IMG/VR virus record: IMGVR_UViG_3300028805_000094
Location: 16,181 to 80,180 of that record
Reading direction: 5' to 3' (one strand)
Source: a virus
Lineage: Duplodnaviria > Caudoviricetes
DNA length: 64,000 nt
Shown: positions 56,385 through 64,000 of the stretch, piece after piece
Layout: each line of letters begins with the position of its first letter
Numbering within the stretch: position 1 is the stretch's first letter
Notes under the pieces: generated by a model
What the model was told of the DNA's origin: nothing
What the model saw: only the letters and a program-made list of their open reading frames with translations
Database searches by the model: none
Made by a program: the position numbers and the translations under genes

Positions 56385-57353
56385 TTAGCCTCCACTTGAT
56401 TTATTATAACCAAATTCTTGTGTCTTAAAAAAGTCAATATAATATTTTTCTAATTCGTTCAATTTATCTTTATCGCAATAAATAATATATTCAATAGACC
56501 AGTTCCATATTCCTTCATTTAATATGGCATGATGGATGGCCTAATCTGCAATAGATTGTATTCCAACCGCAGATTTAAAATGGTCTGCTAATCTCTTTTT
56601 TATATCAGTACTTTTTCCTATATAAGGTTTTCCAGTATTTATATTGGTAATTTTATAAATGCCAGGTTTAGCCTCTATACCGACTCTTTTAAAGGTATCT
56701 AGAATATATGGTCTGACATACTCACTCCATACTAATTTGCTAATTATATCAGGATGCCGCACTTTTTGATTGACTGTTGTAAGAAGAAAATCTATATCTT
56801 CTCTATATTCTTCTGGAATCTGTATAGTATAAAATAACTTTTCTAACTTATCTTTTTCGTACTATTTTAATGGTTCAAGGATAGCTTCAAATTTATTGCG
56901 GGCATAGTCAATCATTTCCTAGGTATTTTTTTGTATGGCGTCATTTTGCTCTTTCAGTACCTAGGTGGCCGCGCGCATATCATTGATGTATTCTTCGTTA
57001 GACTTTTCTGCCGCAGCCTTTTTTAATTCAAGCTGCTCTTGATTTTGTTCCCACTGAGTATTAAAATATTCGTCTAACTCTTTCTAACGTTTTTCTTTTT
57101 GTTTTTTAAAAAGTTCGTCTAGCTATTCTTGTGATTCTGAGGTTGCTTCTTGATAATCAGAAATAATTTTAGAATATTTTTTCTAAGCATTATCAAGATT
57201 TTTTTCTACTTCTGAATATCTTGCTTTTAAATCAGAAAATTTATTTTGAAATTCATTATATTCCGTAATGTCAATCTTTTTCTAATGTATAACTTTTATA
57301 ATTAATACAAAGATAACGATAGCCAATATAATATTTACTACTTGTAATGTCAT
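56385..57353 (-). CDS. membrane-anchored coiled-coil protein with C-terminal GIY-YIG nuclease domain (TAG=Gln)
   Basis: N-terminal hydrophobic VVNIILAIVIFVLIIKV, long coiled coil, then PGIYKITN...YIGKS..IKKRLADH...E..YI. Confidence 0.75.
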
Positions 57354-57382
57354 AATATTATCCTCACTCTTTTTGATACTTT

Positions 57383-57411
57383 ATTATACCATACAAAAGG
57401 AAATAAGTCAA
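57383..57411 (-). promoter_or_regulatory. sigma-A promoter for the GIY-YIG to dut to ruvC operon
   Basis: TTGACT, 17 nt, TGG-TATAAT; no palindrome upstream. Confidence 0.8.
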
Positions 57412-57414
57412 ATA

Positions 57415-57612
57415 TTACATTTCATCTTTTATATATAAACCACAATGACAACTTTCACCAACTTGAATATCTTCGCGCATTTCTCTACAAACGCATCTAT
57501 ATTCTTCCTTGCCTAAACTGTCTATAATACATGGGCAGAAGCCTTGGTTATCTTTCAGTCCTTGTCTTATATAATCTCGTAATTCAACATTATCTGTTAC
57601 ATGTATTTTCAT
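57415..57612 (-). CDS. ferredoxin-thioredoxin reductase catalytic-subunit-like protein
   Basis: CPC...CVC...CHC signature. Confidence 0.8.
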   Translation of the reverse strand: MKIHVTDNVELRDYIRQGLKDNQGFCPCIIDSLGKEEYRCVCREMREDIQVGESCHCGLYIKDEM

Positions 57613-58091
57613 GTTATTTTCTCTCCATATTGATTATTACTTGCTAAATTAATTCCTAAAACCTCGTCATAATGAGGTTCATCTCCTAAAATAAATCGTC
57701 CCCATTTTACAATAATATTAGAATAATGATGTAGACTCATTTCTACAATTATATCTTCTCCTTTTTCATAGCCTGTATATATTACTATTGGGTCATTACA
57801 TTGTTTATCTATACGGATAAATTTTATCAATTCAATTAAATCCATATAGCTATCAAATGGTTCTAATCCTTGGAAACAAAAGGCTTTTGTTAATGGGTTG
57901 CTATTATATAAATTCCAAATTTCTTCTCCGTAAATTTCAATATCTGGCTCGCGCGCGAGTGCGCTGTTTTGGCACACCGCGCGGCCATTTAGTTTATCGC
58001 ATTTAAAATTACAATGAGGAAATTCTATGGTTAAACATGGTAGCTTATAATTTATTGTATCATAATCAATTATTCCTTTGATTTTCATCAT
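57609..58091 (-). CDS. nrdG: anaerobic RNR activating enzyme (radical SAM)
   Basis: CNFKC...CQNS, GLEPF and IYTGY motifs; downstream of nrdD. Confidence 0.78.
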   Translation of the reverse strand: MMKIKGIIDYDTINYKLPCLTIEFPHCNFKCDKLNGRAVCQNSALAREPDIEIYGEEIWNLYNSNPLTKAFCFQGLEPFDSYMDLIELIKFIRIDKQCNDPIVIYTGYEKGEDIIVEMSLHHYSNIIVKWGRFILGDEPHYDEVLGINLASNNQYGEKIT

Positions 58092-58266
58092 TTACCTCTT
58101 TTAACGGACACCAATCTGGTTTTGTATATGGGACTGTGTACAAATAAGAATATAATTCTCTGGTACCCTCTGGAAGATGACCGTGGCAATACTCAAATTC
58201 ATCATCTAGTAAAAAACATCCTACACACGCTTGCGGCATCGGTATATCAAGTTCAATTTTAATCAT
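58066..58266 (-). CDS. small Cys-rich protein, tandem paralog A
   Basis: MPxxCxxC...YCHG...PxWCPL. Confidence 0.7.
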   Translation of the reverse strand: MIKIELDIPMPQACVGCFLLDDEFEYCHGHLPEGTRELYSYLYTVPYTKPDWCPLKEVNDENQRNN

Positions 58267-58456
58267 TTATATTCTCCTTTTTTCTTACTTCTATCAAAGG
58301 ACACCAAACCGGTCTATCTAATTCACTTCTAACTATATCTTGTACTTCCCAAGCATGATATTCTATAAGTCCATGACAATAATAAAATTCTTCATCATAT
58401 AATGGGCAAAAAGCACAGGATTTTGGCATATCTATATTAAAATTAATTTGTATCAT
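58259..58456 (-). CDS. small Cys-rich protein, tandem paralog B
   Basis: Same motif as its neighbour. Confidence 0.7.
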   Translation of the reverse strand: MIQINFNIDMPKSCAFCPLYDEEFYYCHGLIEYHAWEVQDIVRSELDRPVWCPLIEVRKKENIND

Positions 58457-59335
58457 TCATATGCTCCCATCGCCGCATTTTAAATTCTTCTTTTCTTTCT
58501 TTACTCCAAGTTTTTATTGGCGTGTAAAACCCTACAATTCTAGTGTATTCAGTTTCAACATCTCCGCCACATACGGGGCATTTTTTTCCATAAAAAGCGT
58601 GATTCTTTTTACAAGCTTGAATTTTTGTATTAAAAGCAAAATATGTAAGCCCTTGGTCTGCAATATAATTTACAGCATCCCAGGCTTTTTCAAATGAGTC
58701 GAAAGGCGCATCAATATTCAAATGAGCAATGCTACCACCGTTACAATAACTATCAAATAGAGAAGCAATACGAATACGTTCTGCCATTGTCGTTTTAATA
58801 CCTAGCGGGATAAATTGATTGCCATAAAGAGGTAAATCTTTTACTACTGTATCTGGATAGAAGAATTCGTCAGCGAGTTGCATCTTTGCAGCTGCGGATT
58901 CTCCTGGAATTTGCTCTACATTAATCTTATAATCCTTGTCAGCAGCAAACTCATCTTTTACTCTATGTAAAGTCTGGAAGATTCTTTTTCCGAAAGCATC
59001 CGCGCGCTCGGTATAATAAACATTTCCTAGCTCGTCCTTACGCGTATAGCCAAAGGTTTTCATAGTCTCATAAATACCAATAATACCTACTGTATTATAA
59101 AGATGTTCAAAATCTACAATTCCTTTAGAAAAATTAGGAAGTAATCCCTTCTCTACATTACGACGAATAATATGGCGAACACAATCTAGGGCTTTACAAT
59201 CTAATTGTACAATTTCTCTTAATCGGATTAAATAATCTTCTTCATTTTCTGCTTCTAATGCAATTCGGGCGAGATTAACGGTAGAAACTTTTACAGAGCC
59301 AACTTTTAGAGCTGTACCACCAATACTATTAAAAT
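58443..59335 (-). CDS. nrdD: class III ribonucleotide reductase, exon 2
   Basis: (Y)FNSIGGTALKVGSVKV start; CKKNH...CPVC zinc site; YTRIVGFYTP glycyl-radical motif. Confidence 0.9.
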
Positions 59336-60265
59336 CAAGTTATTCCATATTTTCATATGGCTTGGACCATTTCTTATACGCAAAGCGCATACTTACATTT
59401 CCAAAGACGTATCAATAGTCTCTGTACTCCTCTTGGCGAGGATGGCCTCTACAGACTGAGAATTACTTTTTCCTCTGAAAGTTCTAATCGGATATTTTAT
59501 ATTCTCTTTGTAATGATTTCTTCCGCTATTAATTGCTTTAATTGCTGAAGTATCAAAGCCGAAATATTGGCCAATTTCGGCACATGTACAAGTAGAATAT
59601 TTTAGTAAATATACAATTTGTTCAAACGTTTTATCATCACAATGATATTTACTAGTTTTTATAATTGGATATTGTACTCCTTGGCGTCTATGTGTTACGC
59701 CACGATTTATAGAGGTTATTAATTGTTGATTTACTTTATATTTTTTCTCAATTTCTTTTTGAGTATATTTATGTGATAATAAATCATCAATTATATTATC
59801 TATTACTTCTTGAGAATATGTAGAATTATGATGCTCTTCTCCATATTTATGAGGCGGTTCTTCACCACCTTCAGTAAGATTATAACCATTCGGAGCCATA
59901 CTATTATATAATTTAATATAATATTTTTCCTTTTCATTATAATCTTCATACCATCCAATTATTTCAAAAGTAAAATTTTCCTCTCCATGCGCGCGGATTG
60001 CATCATAAAGTGCCGAAGTACCTATTCCTTCACCAGTCCTTGCGCGAGATTTATGAGAAATCCATCTATGCTGTGGATTATTAGATTGGCCAATATAAAT
60101 TTTATTATTTATAATATCCGTAATTTTATAAATTGCTTTCATTTTTATCATTCTCCTTCCACGAGATTGGCATATCATTTCTGACTTAGCTTTCCTCGTT
60201 AGCATACTTTTACTGTATACCCCTACCGATTCGTAGGCAAATAAGTAATCGGGCATTTTAAGTTT
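59336..60265 (-). mobile_element. group I intron (930 nt) in nrdD
   Basis: Exon 1 ends in U and the intron ends in G; splicing restores LG-Y-FNSIGG. Core-like elements AATCTCGTGG, ACAGAGACTA and AAGAAATGGTCC; P9-like CCATAT-GAAA-ATATGG. Confidence 0.88.
59393..60142 (-). CDS. intron-encoded GIY-YIG homing endonuclease
   Basis: AIYKITD...IYIGQS...R..H and E..YI..Y...NGYN; two C-terminal HTH-like repeats; no TAG. Confidence 0.88.
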   Translation of the reverse strand: MKAIYKITDIINNKIYIGQSNNPQHRWISHKSRARTGEGIGTSALYDAIRAHGEENFTFEIIGWYEDYNEKEKYYIKLYNSMAPNGYNLTEGGEEPPHKYGEEHHNSTYSQEVIDNIIDDLLSHKYTQKEIEKKYKVNQQLITSINRGVTHRRQGVQYPIIKTSKYHCDDKTFEQIVYLLKYSTCTCAEIGQYFGFDTSAIKAINSGRNHYKENIKYPIRTFRGKSNSQSVEAILAKRSTETIDTSLEM

Positions 60266-61295
60266 ACCCTAGGTCTTCAATATTACTTTTTAAACGGCAG
60301 CAATTACTTAGAGAATTAACACTATCATCAATAAATAAATTAGAATCACTCCAAATACGATTATGCTCAACGCCCCAGCGCGCGAATTCCTCGTCTTGGA
60401 ATTTACCATCTTTTCTTAATAAACTAATTGTAAGTACAGGGAAAGTAAACATATTATGCTGACGTATTTCAGCAATAGTTTCCATAAAAAGTTTTTGGAA
60501 ATCTTGAATTTCTTTTAAATCATCAATCATATAAGAGCCATCTGGGAATTGCGCGCCACCAAATAAAGCTTCAAGATAAGCCATATCAAATACTGAACAA
60601 TTAGTAAAAGCAGATTGCATACCATCTCGTACATATGGCTGATTAACTGCATAAACGAAACGTTGAATTTGCTGTTTGGCATAATACTCAGGCGATTTTG
60701 TTGCGTAGCCAGTGGCGCAATCTTTCTTCCAGAAATAGTACATATATGGAATAATATTAGGTAAGCCGACGGCACCAGAACTGCGATTGGCAGCAAAACT
60801 AATAAATTCTTTTACGAAATCAACGAAAGTACTAAGATGTTGTGGTGGCTCAGCATTAAAATTATTTAAGAAGAATAATCCCTTTTCTGCGACATCTTTT
60901 AAATCATATGCGAAGCAATAATGAACATAAGTACTAGTGTCTGCATCATGCATATATAGCGCCTTAGTCCATTCTTTTTCTAGCCAGAGATTAGCATCTT
61001 TAAAGCCATAACGTTTATTCATTTCATAGTATATTTTATTAAATGCTAGTAACTTCCTATGCGGCTTAGGCATCTCGTTCATAAGAGTACGCATATCCTT
61101 ATTCCCTACATTGGAGTTACCATCTACAGAAGCATCCGCTACGGTATCTTTATCAATAAAATTGTCAATAAAGTCGGTATAAGAAAGTTGCTTATCTCCG
61201 AATCCATTTAGGTAAGCCATTTCTTCGCCATATTTTTCACTCAAGCGATTATATGCTGTCTAAAAGTTTTTACTTAATCGTACTTTAATATCCAT
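60266..61295 (-). CDS. nrdD: class III ribonucleotide reductase, exon 1 (one TAG at codon 12)
   Basis: ATG at 61295; YMHD...YCFAY, QSAFTN, FTFPV and SNCCRL motifs; no N-terminal ATP cone seen. Confidence 0.9.
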
Positions 61296-61297
61296 TT

Positions 61298-61507
61298 TTA
61301 ATTCCCCCAATTATTTATCCATCGAACCATCTCGCTTGGTGAATACATTATTTTATCATCTACCATCATAACTGGCGCGCGATCGGTTTTAAATTTCTCT
61401 GGTAATGTTTGTAAATCTTTTTCTTCATAAGAAATATTTTTTTGACTCATTTTTGTCTTAATCATTTTACAAATTCCACAAGTTGGTAATGTATAAAGTG
61501 TAACCAA
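61298..61507 (-). CDS. nrdH: glutaredoxin-like NrdH redoxin
   Basis: TLYTLPTCGIC...APV; TTG start behind an AAGGTGG RBS; adjacent to nrdD. Confidence 0.8.
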   Translation of the reverse strand: MVTLYTLPTCGICKMIKTKMSQKNISYEEKDLQTLPEKFKTDRAPVMMVDDKIMYSPSEMVRWINNWGN

Positions 61508-61509
61508 TT

Positions 61510-61722
61510 TTATTCCACCTTCTTTCCGCAATATGGGCATATACCATTTACTATATTAAAATTATATTTATCACTATAATGAGGACAATTATTCTGTAAT
61601 TCTAATAATTGTAACCGTACCTTACGAATAGTGTCTTTTTTCTCCATTGTAGCGAGAGCATTTTTTAAAGTTTCATCCAATACCGCTTTATCACTAATAA
61701 TCTAATCAATACTTAAACTCAT
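61510..61722 (-). CDS. small coiled-coil plus zinc-ribbon protein (one TAG=Gln)
   Basis: Manual translation of 70 aa ending CPH...CPYCG. Confidence 0.65.
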
Positions 61723-62801
61723 ATTCTCCAACCTCCCTGTTTCAATGAGATATAAGTTTGGAAAAATAATTCTTTCGTTTTGGGAAAAGCTGTTAGTAAC
61801 TTTTCTTTTTCTTCTACCACACTTTTTTTCTTTTCTTTACTTATACCTTTATGAATCCTGTCATTCAATGTTTTTGTTTTTTTTGTTTCGCCGCAAGTCC
61901 ATGCTTCTAATAGTTGTTCAATATTTTGAAGGGGGTTTATAATTCCTATACTTGGAGCGAAAAATTTTATTTTTATTGGGATGCTTGCACTCCAAAAAGT
62001 ATATAATATATTTATTTTATATATAAAATCTTTATAATATTGATTACTTGATTTAAATGTCTCTCCTATTGGGAGATAAACCTCAGAAGATTCTACTATA
62101 TCAGCAAGGAATTGCGCCTTATATTTTTTCATCATATATGGTACTTCATCTAACGGAATATCTAAATCTAAAATTATACTATTTGTTCTAGCAAAATGTT
62201 TTTCATTTCTTAAATAAAAATAATCACTTATTTTTTTACATTTTGCTGGATGAATTAATACGATGCTTGATGGCTTTCTTGAAATTATTTTTTCAATTAT
62301 ATTCTTCCATTCTGGGATAAAGAAGTCTGTATCATATATTATAACCCTTTTATTTGGCATGATTGGTGGAATTGGTAATACATTATCCCCGCTTTTCATT
62401 CTATAATAGCTATCATCTAAGACATGACTAATAATTTTAGTTTTTACTCCGTCTTGATATTTCTATTTTAAGAAATCTTTATAGATTGCAGGCCGCGCAA
62501 TTGTATAATCAATTATAGAGTTTTCAAATGGAATATACTTGCCATTTGTAAGTGCGGCCCCGCCATAAATAACATTAGTTGCACGTAAATAATTTTCTGG
62601 AATAGTTATTGGCTAATCTGATTCACTAAAAAAATATATTTTATCATAGCTATCTAACGACTCTTCATTTAAATCTAACAAACGACAATATTTGTTTTCT
62701 TCAATTTTATAATAGGTAGCTAATTTCATAATTTCTAAATTAGGAATCAATGAAGTGGTGCTCTTGGAAGAACACCAGTCATAATCCAAGAGCCCTATCA
62801 T
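61719..62801 (-). CDS. degenerate radical-SAM/B12-binding-like protein (TAG=Gln)
   Basis: MIGLLDYD...PNLEIMKL...YGG N-terminus resembles phage radical-SAM-associated proteins; no CxxxCxxC; joins track ORFs 62613 and 61719. Confidence 0.55.
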
Positions 62802-64000
62802 CCATTGTTCACCTCTGCGCGCTCAGCTTGATATGTCAATCCATAACTATTTTTTCCAGTAATCTTCATAATAATTGGGAAAGATGAACTCTTTACTTTT
62901 TTAGGAATAAAGTCCATCCCGCGTCTAATGCCTTGAATTCTTAACAAAGTGCCGCGCTTGAACCAACTAGATTCTATTACATGCTTATGGCCATCACTAT
63001 CTTTTTCTGAAATTTGCTTATCATAAATTGCATATTGATTTTTATAAATTTTTACATTTACGACGCCTGTTGGAGTCAATAATGTTACTGTATTTTTTAA
63101 TTTATTTTTATCAATTACTGTCCCAATAATTGTATGAATTTTATAAATCTTTATTTCTCTATCACTATTCTTTGGCGTAAAAGCATACTCAATCTCTGGC
63201 TCTTCTGGTAAATTAAAGAAATCATCAAAATTATTTTTATAATCCTCTAATTCATGTTCATGAGAATAGAAACTAAGACTTTCCATTTCCCATTTACTTA
63301 AATTACCAAAAGCATATTTATTAGCAACTTCATCATATAATGCCTTATTTAATTTTTCTAGCATTTCTTCTTTATGCTCTTTTAAATAAGCACGCATCGG
63401 TTCCATAGCTTTTTTGTAGATATTGTCCCATGTCCGTTGCAGAATTTTTGTACCATCAATTGTAGAATCTAATCCAAAATTTTTATCTATAAAACTAATT
63501 GCAGAATCATTTAATTGATAATATTCGCCATCTTTACAAGTTTTTAAAAATTTATTGAATAAAAATAACTTGCCATAGAATGTCATATTATCAGGAATCA
63601 ATTCCTTGTTGATTAACATTTGCATATTTTGTAAAGTTAATCTTTCTTTTTTATCAGCAATTGATTCAATATAGTTTGCCATTATTTTTTCACGCGGTTT
63701 ACTTTCAATCTCATCAAATGCTCCTGATTTAATAAGATTAGTTATTTGAATTTTATTTAATTTATTTTTAGACAAAAAGTCATTTAATGAACTATAAGGC
63801 CGCCTCATAATTATTTCATTTATTTTTTCACCAGAAATTCTAGCAATTCCACGAAGTCCATAAAGAATAGTATTATCTTTTACTACTGGTGTAAAAGTAT
63901 AAGAAGAACGGTTTATATCTGGCGGCGAAACTTTAATACCATAATTACCAAGTTTACCAATAATTGAAGCAATTCGGCCATAATCAATATTCTTTTCCTT
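62798..64000 (-). CDS. dnaE: DNA polymerase III alpha subunit, C-terminal part (runs past the window)
   Basis: SPPDINRS, ILYGLRGI, RPYSSLNDF, LIKSGAFD and a C-terminal OB fold; no TAG in about 400 codons. Confidence 0.88.
   Translation of the reverse strand, partial: KEKNIDYGRIASIIGKLGNYGIKVSPPDINRSSYTFTPVVKDNTILYGLRGIARISGEKINEIIMRRPYSSLNDFLSKNKLNKIQITNLIKSGAFDEIESKPREKIMANYIESIADKKERLTLQNMQMLINKELIPDNMTFYGKLFLFNKFLKTCKDGEYYQLNDSAISFIDKNFGLDSTIDGTKILQRTWDNIYKKAMEPMRAYLKEHKEEMLEKLNKALYDEVANKYAFGNLSKWEMESLSFYSHEHELEDYKNNFDDFFNLPEEPEIEYAFTPKNSDREIKIYKIHTIIGTVIDKNKLKNTVTLLTPTGVVNVKIYKNQYAIYDKQISEKDSDGHKHVIESSWFKRGTLLRIQGIRRGMDFIPKKVKSSSFPIIMKITGKNSYGLTYQAERAEVNNG

Noticed and set aside
60143-60256. 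N-terminal extension of the homing endonuclease in the track
   Set aside because: This is intron core sequence; the GGAAGGAG RBS points to the ATG at 60142 (or 60151).

Overview
The window is part of a large tailed dsDNA phage genome (siphovirus-like). The host is probably a Bacillota/Firmicutes anaerobe, inferred from sigma-A promoters with extended -10, AGAAAGG/AGGAG Shine-Dalgarno sites and class III RNR. There are three blocks. (1) 1-16.2 kb, minus strand: a host-takeover-type array of about 40 small genes built as cassettes (terminator, 19-bp palindrome TTAGATGTT[A/T]AACATCTAA, sigma-A promoter, RBS, ORF). I counted 24 palindrome copies, nearly all 9 nt upstream of a -35 box. The block holds four winged-HTH paralogs, two DEDDh exonucleases, a minimal kinase, a HAD nucleotidase, a PD-(D/E)XK-like nuclease, several gene-less small-RNA-like units and a 118-nt tRNA/tmRNA-like RNA with alanine identity and encoded CCA. 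(2) 16.7-53.6 kb, plus strand: the virion module (terminase, portal, protease/scaffold, capsid, tail tube, a ~4,900-aa tape measure, Dit, Tal/hub, RBP). It only reads through if TAG is a sense codon (Gln, genetic code 15). (3) 53.6-64 kb, minus strand: nucleotide metabolism and replication (RuvC-like resolvase, dUTPase, membrane-anchored GIY-YIG protein, NrdG, NrdD split by a group I intron with a GIY-YIG homing endonuclease, NrdH-like redoxin, ferredoxin-thioredoxin-reductase-like protein, DnaE C-terminus). TAG use is strongly gene-dependent: it is absent inside early genes and the most abundant virion proteins, and dense in packaging, tail and resolvase genes. All translations and counts were done by eye; family calls rest on motifs, not database searches.
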